Shown here piece by piece: positions 1 to 13,585 of a DNA stretch of 64,000 bases. This DNA is from Pristiophorus japonicus (taxonomy: Eukaryota), in contig NC_091999.1 in assembly GCF_044704955.1 (NCBI RefSeq), forward strand, positions 26,288,001 through 26,352,000, written 5' to 3'. How positions within the stretch are numbered: the first letter of the stretch is position 1; each line of letters begins with the position of its first letter. Under the pieces are notes generated by a model. That model worked only from the letters and a program-made list of their open reading frames with translations, searched no databases and was not told the DNA's origin. Both the position numbers and the translations under genes were made by a program.

Positions 1-285
1 GAGGCCTTTTTGTAAATAATCACAGAAATAGATGTCCCAGATTAGAGTATTGAGCGTCAGAGACACAATAAATGTTTCCCCATCAACACAGCATAGAAAT
101 AAAGATAGACAGAAATGCAAATCTCTCAACAGACTTCAGCAACATTTGTTTTTTGGTACATTTCACTAAATTTTATTAGAATAAAGGAAAGATGATACCC
201 ACGGACAGAATGAGGAAATACTCCTTCTCGTCAGCATGTACAGCAATATCACGAATGTGCTAGTGGAGGATTATGCTTAAAGGTG

Positions 286-500
286 TACCTGCCCTGTGAG
301 TGTATGATGGGACATTGTAGAGGGAGTTTTACTCTGTATCTGACATATGATGTACCTGCCCTGGGAGTATGTGATGTCGTAGTATAGAGGGCACTTTACT
401 CTGTACCTGACGCATGCTGTACCTGGCCTGGGAATGTTTGATAGTGCGGTGTAGAGGGCGTTTTATTTTGTAGCTAACACATGCTGAACCTGGCCTGGAA
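286..500 (+). repeat. ~65-bp dispersed minisatellite (cctgccctgggagtgtttgatgggacagtgtagagggagctttactctgtatctaacccgtgctgta)
   Basis: About 3 diverged tandem units; same family at ~16.6, 20.9-21.3, 31.9-32.1, 33.3-33.9 and 61.6-61.8 kb. Confidence 0.85.
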
Positions 501-794
501 GTTACAGAGTTTAGTGCAGTAATAACTGAGACAGGGTCCAGTGGAATATAAACAGAGACATGTTCTAGTTCAGTAATGTAAAAGGTTGGGGCTAGTGTAA
601 TATAATCTATGTCCTGGTCTAGTTTAATATAAACAGAGACAGGGTCTTGTGCAATAGGAACAAAGGCATGACATATTCCAGTAATATCTGATACCGGGCC
701 TAGTACAATATTAATAGTTCTAGTGCAGTAATAACTGAGATAGGACACCGTGCAGTAATTACTGATGCAGGGACATTTCTTTATTGTCTCCTGG

Positions 795-1200
795 CATATG
801 GGTGTGGGTGTCGCTGGCAAGGCAAACATTGATGGTCTAGCCCTAATTGGCCTTGAAAATCAGGTGGCGAGCTGCCACCCTTGAACCGCTGCAGTCCATG
901 TGGTGATGGAACCCCCAAATTGTTCGGGAGGGGTTCCACGAATTTGACCCAGCGACTATGAAGGAACGGTAATAAGTTTCCAAGTCAGGATGATGTGTGA
1001 TTTGGAGGGATACATGGAGGTGATGGTGTTCCCATGAGCACGCAACCCTTGTCCTTCTAGGTGGAAGAGGTCGCAGGTCTGGAAAGGGCTGTCGAGGATG
1101 TCTTGGGGAGTTGCTGCAAAGCATCTTGGGAATGTTAATCACTGCAGGCATGGTGCACCGTTGGGGGAGGGAGGGAATATTTAACGCGGTGGATGGGGTA
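795..1200 (-). mobile_element. Non-LTR retrotransposon (CR1-like) 3' fragment
   Basis: Degenerate ORF2 C-terminus-like translation on the minus strand; paralogous copy at ~16990-17395. Confidence 0.55.
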
Positions 1201-1289
1201 AAATAAACTTGAGAATGGTCTACTGTAGTGTAGTGGAGTATTTCTTTCTCCTCGTCACACATTGCTTTTTCTCCCATCTTTGTTTCATC

Positions 1290-2700
1290 AGAAAACTTGG
1301 CTATGTTACTCTCGATCCCTTCTTTAAAGTCGGTAGATTGTATATAGATGGGGTCCCAGCACTGATCCCTGCAGCACCCCACTATTTACTGATTGCCAGC
1401 CCTAGAATGATCCATTGATCCTGACTCTCTGTTTTCTGTTAGTTAGCTAATCCTCTATCCATGTTAAAATATCAGCCCCAACCCCGTGAATGTTTATCTT
1501 GTGCAGTAACCTTTTATGTGGCACCTTGTCACATGCCTTCTGGAAGCCCAAATACATCATATCCACTGGTTCCTCTGTATCCACCCTGTTTTTTACATCC
1601 TCAAAGTATTCCAGAAATTCGTCAAACATGTCTTCCCCTTCATACATCCATGCTGACTCTGCCTGACCGAATTTTGCTTTTCCAAATATCCTGCCACTGC
1701 TTCTTTAATAATGGGCTCCAACATTTTCCCAAGCACAGATGTTACACTAACTGGTTTATAGTTTCCTGCTTTTTGCCTGCAACCTTTCGTAAATAGGCGC
1801 ATTAAATTTGCAGTTTTCCAATCTGTTAATCACCTTAAATCTGTGTCCTTTGTTCTCGATCTTTCCACTAATCGGAACAATTTCTCTCTATCTACTCTGT
1901 CTAGACCCATTATGATTCTGAACACCTCTATGAAATCTCATCTCAACCTTTCTGCTCTAAGGAGAACAATTCCAGCTTCTCCAGACTATCCACGTAACCG
2001 AAGTACCGTATCACAATTGTAAATCTTTTCTGAATCCTCTCTCAAGCCTTACATCCTTCCTAAAAAATTGGACACAATACTCCAGGTGAAGTTCATCATA
2101 ACTTCCTTTCTTTTGTACTCTATGCGTGTATTTATGAAGCCCAGGATCATGTAAGCTTTTTTGTCCATTTTCTCAACCGGCCCTGCCACCTTCAATGATT
2201 TGTGCACATTTACCTTCAGGTCACTGTATTCATGCACCTCCTTTAGCATTGTACATTTAGTTTATTTTTCCTCTCCTCATTCGTCTTATAAAAATGATTC
2301 ATTTCACACTTTTCTCCATTTCATTTGCCCCGAGTGCACCCCTTCCATCAGCATGTCTATGTCCTCTTGAAGTCATCACTATCCTCCTCACTGTTCCCTC
2401 TACTTCCAAGTTTTGTATCATCTGCAAATTTCGAAATTCTACCCTCTACTCCTAAGTCTAAGTCATGAATATAAATGAAGAAACGCAGTGTTCCTAGTAA
2501 CAACCGCTGCAGAATACCACAATATACCTTACCCCAGTCCAACAAAAAATAACTGGTCACCACTACTCTGTGGTTCCTGTCACTCAGCCAATTTCATATC
2601 CATGCTGCCACTGTCCTCTTTATTCTATGTGGTTAAATTTTTCTGGCAAGGATATTATTAAGGCACTTTATCAAATACCTTTTAGAAGTCCACCACATCA
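1290..2700 (-). mobile_element. CR1 LINE fragments (RT region, nested and degraded)
   Basis: Minus-strand ORFs with CR1 RT motifs: GNYKPVSVTSVLGKMLE, QHGCMKGK, FQKACDKVPHKRLL, ISKFADDTKLG. Confidence 0.85.
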
Positions 2701-2849
2701 ACCTTATAAACTGAGACTGGATCTAGCGCAGTAAAAACTGCGACGGGGTCTGGTGTAATGAGAGAAATAATGCCAGATAATTACAGATTTATTAACCTCC
2801 TGCCAGGTACAGGTGCAGTTTCATTTTTACCATCATGGGCACTAATCAT

Positions 2850-3350
2850 AGAAACATAGAAACATAGAAAATATGTGCAGGAGCAGGCCATTCGGCCCTC
2901 CGAGCCTGCAGCACCATTCAATATGATCATGGCTGATCATACAACGTAAATACCCCACTCCTGTCTTCTCTCCATGATCCCTTTAGTAGTAAGGGCTAAA
3001 TCTAACTCCCTTTTGAATATATCCAACGAACTGGACTCAACAACTTTCTGTGGTAGAGAATTCCATAGGTTCACATTTCTCTGGGTGAAGAAGTTTCTCC
3101 TCATCTCTGTCCTAAATGGCTTACCCCTTATCCTTAGATTGTGAATCCTGGTTATGGACTTCCTCAACATCGGGAACATTCTTCCTACATCTAACCTGTC
3201 CAATCCCGTCAGAATTTCATATGATTCCATGAGATCCCCTCTCATTCTTCTAGATTCCAGTGTATATAAGGCTAGTCAATCCAATTTTCTTCATATGTCA
3301 GTCCTGCCATCCCGCGAATCAGTCTGGTGAACTTTGGCTGCACTCCCTCA
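2850..3350 (-). mobile_element. 5'-truncated CR1 LINE with (TTCTATGT)n tail
   Basis: ORF2 C-terminus MRGDLMESYEILTGLDRLD...FFTQRNVNLWNSLP; tail reads agaaacatagaaacatag on +; absent from duplication copy B. Confidence 0.9.
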
Positions 3351-4339
3351 AGGTGTATATCAGTGTTTTCTGGGTGATGCTGAGGCGATCACTAGACGAT
3401 AAAGCGCAGAGACTGGCATCTGGCTGCTCATTATCCTCGGTGTGATTTAATCCAGTTTCACACTGAAACTGCGGACAGAAATGGTCACCTGGTAACAGAA
3501 TCGTCAGAGTGACATCATTTTCTAAACAAGAGCACGCAAGAGAATGGGTTATCAATAAATGTTAAAGCTATTAAACGACCTGTTATTGCATTTTGAATAA
3601 AGAAGAATGCTGAAACATATTGGCTGAAGCTAATCATTTATCTTTCTGGAATGCACAAGTACACATTATGAATGTGAGCAAGTGTTTTGTACACATACAC
3701 ATACATTCACACACACACACACACATATATAAATACACAAACGCACATACATACAAACACACATACACATATAGCAAACACTTTCTGTGTCCTCTTTTCA
3801 GTTGTTCATTTCACAAGGTGAGAATATTTATTCCGGTCGATATTAGGACCCTGCGGCCGCCCATCCGGTGGTGCTCTGAGCTCACGGTTCCAAGCTCTGT
3901 CTTACATAATCAGTGGGCCACGTCACAGCTAAATAGAAAATACTGGACGAAAAACAATCCTTAACGTTAAAGAACTTGGAGAAATAGGCACAGGACAACA
4001 CAAGTGTGATTTAGTAAACTCAAACACACAGATTTTGCCAGTAGTTCAAAGTGCAGTGCACTATTGCTCACCTTCCGTCCTGTCCTTCAATCCCAGTCCA
4101 TTACTGGAAGATTGTTACAAGATTCACCCCATCCTCTCAACACAAATATTACCGTCATAATACCAGATTAATTCAAGATTACACACACGTGTTGATAGCT
4201 GTTAACAAATCTAAACCTATACTTCCAAACAAAAAAGTATTGCATCCTCACAGCCACACATATATACATCTTTATTTTTATTAATATCTGTCGATCTCTC
4301 TTTATATCGTCTGCCTGTGTAATAGACGCATGTGCAAGT

Positions 4340-4950
4340 GGAGAAATAACTGAGGCAGGGTCTATGCTACAAGAAATATATACAGGATCCAGCGCACTAA
4401 CAGTTTAGACAAGATCTAGTGTAAGATGAAGAGAGGCAGGCATTTATTATAATATATTTCAGCCATGGTCAATGGCAGGAATAACTGAGACAGTGCCTAG
4501 TGTAATATAAACAGAGACATGGTGTTGTGTAATATAAACTGAGACAGGGTCCAGTATAATATACACAGGGACCGAGTATAGTGTAATATACACTGAGACA
4601 GGGACGAGTGTAATATAAATAGAGACAGGATCTAGTGTAACATAAACAGAGACAGGGGCTAGTGTATTATAAACAGTGACTGGGTCTAGTGAAATAAAAA
4701 CAGAGACAGTGTCTAGTGTAATATAAACAGTGACTGGGTCTAGTGTAATATAAGCAGAGACAGTGTGTAGTGTAATATAAACAGGGACAGGGTCTAATGT
4801 TATATAAACAGAGACAAGGTCTAGTGTAATATATATAGAGACAGGGACGAATGTAAATTAAACAGAGACAGAGTCCAATGTAATATGAACAGAGACTGGG
4901 TCTAGTGCAGTTATAACTGTGGCAGGGTCCAGGGCATCGATAAACAAGAG
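4340..4950 (+). repeat. 27-bp minisatellite (tctagtgtaatataaacagagacaggg)n
   Basis: Tandem 27-bp period; produces 9-aa repetitive spurious ORFs (YITLDPVSV / YYTRPCLCL). Confidence 0.9.
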
Positions 4951-4989
4951 AAGGGCTGCTGAGAAGATTAGTAAACTGACTACAACACG

Positions 4990-5960
4990 GAGTTAATGGG
5001 GACATTCAAGTGGTTGTGTAAAAATACATTTTGGGTGCAAAAGCAAATTGTGAGGAAGACACTAAAATATTCTCCAAGGAGATATAGACAGGCTAAGTGA
5101 GTGGACAAAACTTTGACAGATGAATTATAATGGTGAAAATCTCAGATTATCCACTTTGGCAGAAAAGAAATAAAGCAAGTTATAATTTAAATGGAGAAAA
5201 ATTGCAAAGTGCTGCGGTACAGAGGGACCTGGTTGTACTTGTGCATGAAACACAAAATGTTACTATGCAGGTACAGCAAGTAATCAGGAAGGCAAATGGA
5301 ATGTTGCCATTTATTGCAAAGGGGATGGAGTACAAAAGCAGAGAAGTCCTGCTACAACTCTACAGGGTATTGGTGAGGCCACACCTGGAGTACTGCATAA
5401 AGTTTTGTTCTCCGGATTTAAGAAAGGTTATACTTGCATTGGCGACTTTTCAGAGAAGGTTCATTGGGTTGATTCCGGAGAAGAGGGGGTTGATGTATGA
5501 AGAAAAGTTGAGTAGTTTGGGCCTATACATGTTGGAGTTCAGAAGAATGTGAGATGATCTTATCGAAACATATAAGATAATGAGGGGGCTCGAGAAAGTG
5601 GATGCAGAGAGGACATTTTCATTCACAGGGGAAACTAAAACTAGGAGGCTTAATCTCAGAATAAGAGCCTGCTATTTAAAACTGATATGAGGAGGAATTT
5701 CTTCTCTCAGAGGGTTGTAAATCTGTGGAAGTCTCTGAAACAGAGAGCTGTGGAGGCTGGGTCATTGAATATATGTAAGGCAGAGATGGGCAGATTTTTG
5801 AGCGATAAGGGAATAAAGGGTTAGGGGGAGCGGGCAGGGCGTTGGAGCTAAGTCCATGATCAGACCAGCCATGAACTTATTAAATGGCAGAGCAGGCTCG
5901 AGGGGCCAAATGGCCTACTCCTGCTCCTATTTCATATATTCTTATGTTCTTGTGTTCTAA
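4990..5960 (+). mobile_element. 5'-truncated CR1 LINE
   Basis: ORF 5130-5552 QRDLVVLVH...LYRVLVRPHLEYC; 3' UTR ending ttcttatgttcttgtgttct. Confidence 0.9.
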
Positions 5961-6084
5961 GGTCTTCGCGTGATATAAAAAAATGCCGTGACCAGTGCAA
6001 TAATAGCTGCGGCAGGAACTAGTGTTTTATAAACCGAGACGGGTCTTAGTGTAATATGAACCGAGACATGATGTCGATATAAAA

Positions 6085-7040
6085 TCACAGAATGGAAGAA
6101 TGATACAGCACATAACGTGCACATTCAGCCCTCTGGTGCCTGTGCCTGCACTGAGTTGAAACAGCTAACCAATTGGTCCCACTATCCCTGCTATTTCCCA
6201 ATAACCCTGCATTATTTCCAATTCAATTATTTACCCAATTCACTTTTGAAATTTATTACTGGAACTGCTTCCAACACCCTGTCAGATAGTGTATTCCAGA
6301 TCATAACAGCTAGTTGTGTATTTCTTTTTCCTCATTTCGCCTCGGGCTCTTTTGCCAAGTTCCTTAAATGAGTGTCATATGGTGACAGACTCATCAGCCA
6401 CTGGAAAATTATCTTCTTATTTAAAGTGTCAGAACCATTCACGGTCTTGAGCATGTTTGTAAAAGCTCCTTTTAACCTTCTCTGCTCTAATGACAACAAT
6501 CTCAATGCCCCGAGTGTCTTCACTTAATTGAAGTCTTTTATCCAAGGTACTATTCTAGTAAATTCCCCAAGCACACTTTCCAAAGCCGTTCAGTCTTTAC
6601 TAAATGTGGCGCTCAGAATTAAACACAATACTCCAGCTGGAGTATAACCAATGTTTTGCAGATGCTTAACAATAAGTTCCTCGCATTTGAACCCTATATC
6701 TCTATTTCTGATTACTAAAGATAGTGTATACCTTTTGCATTCCAGATCAGAACCACTTGTTACATTAAAACATCTCCACATCTCCCTTTTGTTTTTTTTT
6801 TGCAAATTATCTTAAATATGTATCCTCTGGTTACCGACACTCTCAGTGTAAACATTATCTCACTTTTAACCGTATCAAATCCCTTCATAAAAGGAAGGCT
6901 ATGACAGGCAGAGGCATTATTTTCTGATTGCTGCCAGATATTGATTGGTAGATTTTGGTTCGGTTAGGAGATTACGGGCGACGGAACCAAAGCTGGTCGA
7001 TGGAGTTAAGATGCCGTTCATCCGTCATCGATTTGAATAG
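6085..7040. mobile_element. Degraded CR1 fragments
   Basis: LLSLEQRRLKG-type translation on the minus strand plus a CR1 3' UTR-like segment. Confidence 0.6.
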
Positions 7041-7049
7041 AGGCATGAT

Positions 7050-8083
7050 ACAGTTCAGTACTAATTGAGAAAGCGTATCGTGTAATTTAAACAGAAGACT
7101 GATCGAATCCATTAATAACAGAGACAAGACCTAGAGCAATATAAAGAGGAGACGTCGTCTAGTGTAGTAATAACTGCAACAGTGCCTAGTGTAATATAAA
7201 TAGAGACATGGTATAGATTGTAATAACGGAGAGTGCCCAGTGTATTATAAACATAGACATTGCTTAGTGCTTTATAACTGAGGCAAGGTTTCGTGTAATA
7301 TGAGAGATACATACCAGAGGGCAGCAATAAATGAGACAGTATTTAAGATAAGACTATATGAAAAGGGGCACGGTCCAGTGCAGTAATAATTGAGACAAGG
7401 CTGAGTGAAATCTAATCAGAGGCATGGTCTAGTGCAGTGATAACTGAGACAGGGCCTAGTGTAATATAAAGAGAGACGTGTTCTCATGCAGTATAACAGA
7501 GGGAGCATTGTGTAATATAAATAGAGACATGGCTTAGTGCAGTAATAACTGAGGCATGGCCCAGTGTAATATGAAAAGATGCAGGGCCTAGTGTAATATA
7601 ACTAGTCACCGGATCTAGTGCAATAATAAATGAGGCAGGGCATTGTGCAATATTAACATAAACAGACTCTAGTACAGTACTAACGGAGAGAGAACCTAAT
7701 GTAATATGCCACCGACATGGTCTAGTGCAGTAATAACTGAGACAGAGTCCAGTGTAATATAAATTGAGACATTGTCTGATGTAATATAAAAAGAAAAAGG
7801 CTATTGTGTAATATAAGCAGATACATTGTCACGTGTAATATAAACAGTGACACTGTCTTGTGTAATATAAACAGGGAAAGAGTCTAGTGTAATATAAACT
7901 GAGACATTGGCTAGTGTACTATAAACAGGGACATTGTCAAGTGTAATATTAACGGAGACATTGGCTCGTGTAATTTAAACAGCGACATTTTCTAGTGTAA
8001 TATAAACAGTGACACTGTCTAGTGTAATATAAACAGGGGAAGAGTCTAGTGTAATATAAAATGAGACATTGTCTAGTGTAATA
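7050..8083 (+). repeat. 27-bp minisatellite array
   Basis: Tandem 27-bp units; the 'gacattgtctagtgtaatataaac' variant lies next to the ERV LTR. Confidence 0.9.
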
Positions 8084-8581
8084 TGTTGTGGACATTTTTT
8101 CTGAGACTGCATAATATATATAAAGAGAGGTTTATTAAATTGGAGTCAAAGCTTTGGGAGAAGTGTAAAAGGCCCCTGTCTTTGAACCATCTTCTCAAAA
8201 ATTGGTATCTGCAGTGAAGCTCTTTAATCTTACAAATTATGTCACTTTACAACACATGCTTTAGCACTACAAAGCTTTGACTATCGAAGGCTAAGCTTTT
8301 GATATAACCCATCCTGCATTGTGACAGGGCAGTATAAACAAGTGCAGGCTTTTGACACCGGTATAAACAAACATATCCAGCACTTAACTCTCCAGTGTTC
8401 ATTATCTCACTTTCCTATCTGCATTAACTCAAGGCCAGCATACCTTAAAGTCTAACTGTTATTTTTATATCGAGCATAATGCATCAGTATTGTCCCTTAC
8501 AAAATTCATTTAAAGGGGAAAATAAAACAAATGTTTGAACCCGTATACTAGTCCAGTATATGTCAAAAATCCGCTCCAACA
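8084..8581 (-). repeat. 3' LTR of class I ERV
   Basis: Minus strand begins TGTTGG just after the polypurine tract AAAAGGGGGAA (~8585-8595) and ends CCACAACA; AATAAA on minus at 8131-8136. Confidence 0.8.
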
Positions 8582-8794
8582 ATATTCCCCCTTTTGGTCC
8601 TGGATGATGTTTACGAAATCCAGATGACCACAATGATAGTAGCATATATTCGTCCTTTGGGGTATGTTACTTCCCTGATGTTCCGTATGTCCACCTTGCC
8701 TGTAGCTCTAGGCTACCCTTCAAAGATAGTGGTCGGTGTCATTGTCGTCTGTTTCTTCATTCTTGGTGTCTTCAGGTATTTCCATCAGATGTGC

Positions 8795-10024
8795 TTATTC
8801 TTCAGCGATTACACTGGCTACTGGCATCACTTTACAGCAGATATTAAAACACCCGATAATCAGACAGCAAGTAATTATTATTACAACCATAATAATTACT
8901 CCATGCATAAGATAGGACCCCCAGGATCCCCCTAACAGCCAGTCAAACCAGTCAGATCCTCCTGCTGTTATGTATAACTTCTTTACCTCCCTTCTTATGT
9001 GATCAGCGAGGTTGGTTATGTTTTCTGAATTATCAGGAATGTAAGTGCAACATTCAGCTCCAATTAAGGCACATTGTGCATATGGCTACCATTTCAGCCG
9101 TTATGGCCTCCATTGCTTCAGCAGTGCCGTTAACTATCTGTTCCAGTACCCTCTCTAGGTTATGTAATTCATCCATGGTGCGTCCTATCCCGAATGGGAG
9201 CATCATGATCCCAAATAGCCTCTCTACCGCGGTAAGATCTCGTCTTAGTCGACCTGGTGTCTGTACTTCTGCTAAAGTATGTACCCGTCTGACAAAGGTG
9301 ACCACATATCCCAAATAACAAGACCCCCTCCAGTTCTGAGGCAACCAGGTGTAGGCCTTATGCCCGCACACAAAATAAGTGCCATTGTATGCTGTTAGAT
9401 TCGATCCCAATCTCTCTCTCAGCCCCTGTCGCCACCTAATCTTAGGGTCCCAGTCCTGGCTACTTGTCTGATTTTTTAAACCCTCTATTTCGAAGAAGCC
9501 CTGGTTTGTTGTTTCGCTGGCTATTATGTTCCATCTGGTGAGGTTAAAGTATATCCTGCTACAAAACCTGTTTCCTCACTGGTGAGGTCTCTAGTGAAAC
9601 AAATATCAGCGGTGTGACTCCAACTTCTGAGGTGTTGGTCAAAACCAGGAACGGGGGTCGTACCGACCTATTATATTCCGGCTGGTACCATCTGTCAATG
9701 CATCCAAAAGGTAACCCCCCGATCTCCACGTTTCTTTATTCCCACTGTGGTTCCAAGTATCATTTACTTCCCCTGTACCATTTGTCGCATTACCCACTCT
9801 GCTACTTCTGAAATGTTAAGGGAAATTGACCTCAAATGAATGCCGCCTTTGCTATGTATGGGGATGTGCGAACATACCCAGCAACTAGAAAAGTTCTCGT
9901 TTTGTGCATAAACATAAGACATGTACAAAAAGGTATTCACAAGTAACTCTCGTTTCGGTCTAGCTAGCAGGCCGGACCAAACACGAACTATGATAATCGC
10001 ACCGATCGCAATATATAGTTTCAT
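8795..10024 (-). pseudogene. env: Gamma-type env remnant
   Basis: Signal peptide MKLYIAIGAIIIVRVWSG, SU CWVC motif, TYFVCG...W.GSCYLG, furin site RLRR, residual LIGAECCTYIPDNS, hydrophobic TM; frameshifts and deletions. Confidence 0.8.
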
Positions 10025-10313
10025 CTTATTACTCTATAATTAACAAATAGTCAAAGGCAAAATGGCCATATGGCTTGCTTGAAGAATCTCTCGCTGTCAA
10101 TCTGTAAATAGATAAACAACAACAACTAATATGTGTGCTAAACGGCTGGTTCAAAAACTTTAAGCTGGGTCCAATGCTTCCATTGTCCGTTCCCTTTAAC
10201 ATCGATGCAGGCACAAGTGTCCCTGCTGATCATAACCTCATATGGTCGTATCCATTTTTGAGGCAAACCCCGGTTTTTCCCGGGAGGACCCTGACCATAA
10301 TGCGACTTCCTGC

Positions 10314-11105
10314 CTACAGGACTTCAGGGAGCTTTGTAAGCTCTGCTTCCGAGTCTCTTTCTTCCTGATTGTCCCGAACTAATTTATGCATCCCTTTTAA
10401 TTGAGTACTTAGTTCCAAAACACACCGTTTTATTTTGTCTTTTAATGGGCCTACATCGGCCCACCCTGTTATGATGTTCTCTGGTAATTGCATCGCCCTT
10501 CCTGTCATTAGTTTATAAGGGGTTAATCCGGTTGTCCGGTTTGTCGTGGCTCTTAACTTCATCAATATAATGGGTAATACTTCTGTCCACGTTTTTCCTG
10601 ACGTTTGCAAGGCCTTTGCCAGGGCGTTCTTAAGGGTATGGTTCATGCGCTCTACCATCCCAGAACTCTGCGGGTGGTAGGGGATGTGGAATTTTTGTTT
10701 TATGCCCATCAGCTGGCATATTGTTTTTACAATTTTTCCGGTGAAGTGGGTGCCTTGGTCGGAATCTATTTGAAGAGGCACTCCCCATCGGGGAATCACC
10801 TGCGCGGTCAATATCCTTACCACTGTTGAGGCAGTGCAATCACGTGTGGGGAAAGCTTCTACCCACCGGGTAAATTGATCTATAATCACTAGGCAATATC
10901 TTTTTCCATGGGATGGGGGCAAAGGACCTGTGAAATCAATTTGTACGTGTTCCCATGGGCCCCGTGGACGGGGCTTGTGTCCCATTTTAATTTTAATGGG
11001 CCTGCCTGGATTATATTGTGCACACGTAACGCATCGATGGCAATGTTTGGTGATATCTCTCCACATCCCTTTCCACCACCAATCTCTTCCAAGACTCCCG
11101 GTCAT
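10314..11105 (-). pseudogene. pol: Retroviral integrase
   Basis: CVTC zinc-binding half, WEHVQIDFT, IDSDQGTHF, PYHPQSSGMVERMN (DDE core). Confidence 0.9.
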
Positions 11106-13026
11106 GGCCTCTCATCCTGAATGTGACAGGCCATGATGCAACTCCAATAAGGTAATCTGTATGCATTCAGGCGCCATTACCTTGTCGTTTCGTCTCCAAA
11201 CGTTATCCTTCTCTTGCGTTGCGCCCTGCTTTGTCCTCATACCTATTTCCTCCTCAGAAGTGTCCTGGTGTAGTTTCTCAATACTTATCTGTTCGTCTCG
11301 GGCCCCAGCAGCACTGACTTAATTTTAATAATTAAAATCATTATCAATGGAAAGTGTTTTTTACCTCTTCAAATTATTTTTTTTTCAATTAAACCAATAT
11401 CTTTTTCACAGCTGATATCAACTGGTATTTATCCATCGCAAACACCCCTTCTCCCCCATGCTTTCATATAATCGTGTACTACCCCGAATGCATATCTACT
11501 GTCCGTATAGATATTAACAATCATATTTTCCGATAATTCCAGTGCCCGGGTGAGGGCTACCAGTTCTGCCACTTGAACTGACGACCCCCCATTAATTCGC
11601 CCTGATTCAACCGTCTCTGGATCCTGGTTAACTACGGCCCATCCGGTACGAGGTAGTCCCTCTACGTATTTTCGTGAGCCGTCCACAAACAAGGTTTGTT
11701 CTGCGGTTTGAAGGGGGGCATCTTTTATTCTATCCTCTTCCATATCCTCACATAGCTCTTCGCAAAAGCGGGGTTCCCCTTCACCCATCATACCTTCTGT
11801 GGGGTTGTTTCCTACATCACTAATTATGGTTACCGCTTTGTTGGGTGTTCAGAGGACTGCTTCCCACTTTGCCCGTCTCATATTAGATACGGTTCTCAGT
11901 TTTCCTGTGTTTAACATTTCTACCAATTGTGTTTAGTGTGGAGAATGATGTTTCCAGTCATCACCACATGCTCGCTTAATTTTTACCGCCCAAGCTGCGC
12001 AATCTAGCGCGGCTATACATCTGGATAACCCAGTCACCACCGGGCTTTCGGTGGTAGAGTAATAGGCTATAGGTCTCCTTTTATCAGGGATAAAGTTCCG
12101 GCTGTAATTAAAGAGGCCCAGTACCTTCCTCACCCCTCTTACCGTTACTGGTCTAGGCATGTCCTTGACAGCCTTTTTCCTATCCGAGGGCGTTTCTTTC
12201 AGCCCCTTGAGAGGCAGTACCCTAGGTACAGGACCTGGGATTTCCCTACCTGGGCCTTTTTGGGGAGTTAGTGGTGCTAACTCTTTCTTTTAAGATACCC
12301 TTTTCCACTAGCCCTTTTACTATTTCTACAACCGCTGTTCTAGCTTCAGGTCTTATAGGGTATTGTGGCAAGTCCCCCTTTTCTGCCCTCCTCTTGTTCC
12401 CGTGGCAAAGACCTTTTCCTGTTTTATCTTTTTCTTTTGTAAACTGCTAAAGCTTACTGTTTGAGCCTTTTTCAAAAGTCCCTTTTACACCTTCACAGAT
12501 AGCTCACCACTCGCCCAGGGGTTTGACCTGATCCCTGAAGTATTTCTAAATTTAAAACTCTTTTTTTTATACTGAGCTAGAAGCTTTCATGTCAAGGTTT
12601 TACACAAAGGAAAATGGGAGCGTTTTGAACGGCATTCTTTATCTCATTCTTAGACTCAATTTATGTCTTTCAACCCAATTGCATGTTTTCTTTCGACAAG
12701 TAAGTGAGCGTGTCAAACTTTTTTTTTCTTTACTACCGGGACCATGTATTGTTATCTTTTACTCAACAAACCTATCCTTTGTGCATTTCCTAGCTCCGTA
12801 ACTTATATCCACACCTTCGTTTCCAACTTAAAATGTAATACCATAAGGTTCACAGATTCTTAAACTTCCCACATACAGGACAACACTACGAAGGGTTAAA
12901 AACAAACATTTCACTCTGTTTGGAAAGAGTGGGTGGAGCTAAAACAGGCAGCCAACTCCATACCTTCTTAAAACAAGCTTTCATTCATTCCAAAGTCAAA
13001 ATTACTCGAGTACTCTCTTCATTCAA

Positions 13027-13585
13027 AATAGACAGGGACATTGTCAAGTGTAATATTAACGGACACATTGGCTAGTGTAATGTAAACAGCGACATTGTCT
13101 AATGTAATATAAACAGAGACATTGTATAGTGCAATATAAACTGAGACATTGTCTAGTGTAATGTAAACAGAGACAGGGTCTAGTGTAATATAAACAGAGA
13201 CAGGGTCTAGTGTAATATAAAGAGAGACAAGGTCGATTGCAGCAAAAACCAACACATGTCCTACTGTACTTTAAACAGAGACATTGTCTCGATCAGTATA
13301 ACTGAAGCAGGATGCCGCTTTCAAATTTATTAGTGTACTCAAGCTAGCCTCAGTTTATATTATACTCGACCATATCCATGTTTATATTACACTTGACCCA
13401 TTCTCAGTTATTTCTGCACCAGAACATATTTTATTTAAATTATATCTTAGCATATTTTTGTTTATGTTACATAAGTCCCTATATAACTTATTACTGAAAC
13501 AGATCTTTTCTCTGTTTACATAACTCAGGACCTGATTTATATTACACTCGGCCCTGTCTGAGTTATCCACACTGTCTCTGTTTAA
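13027..13585. repeat. 27-bp minisatellite, forward block (13027-~13310) then degraded inverted block (~13330-13585)
   Basis: gtctagtgtaatataaacagagac units followed by tttatattacactcg/ctgtctctgttt units. Confidence 0.75.

Larger units (their letters stand above)
1..4260 (+). repeat. Segmental duplication, copy A (paralogous to ~16097-19540)
   Basis: Colinear diverged matches: 1-210 vs 16097-16306, ~480-1200 vs ~16670-17400, ~2700-2849 vs ~18545-18697, ~3350-4255 vs ~18705-19540. Probably extends left of the window. Confidence 0.9.
8084..13025 (-). mobile_element. Class I (gamma/epsilon-like) endogenous retrovirus, 5'-truncated and internally deleted
   Basis: RT/tether fragments (~11930-12260), RNase H (LFVDGS...AELVAL...IYTDSRYAFG, 11429-11791), integrase (10314-11105), env remnants, PPT and 3' LTR; no 5' LTR found. 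Confidence 0.9.
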
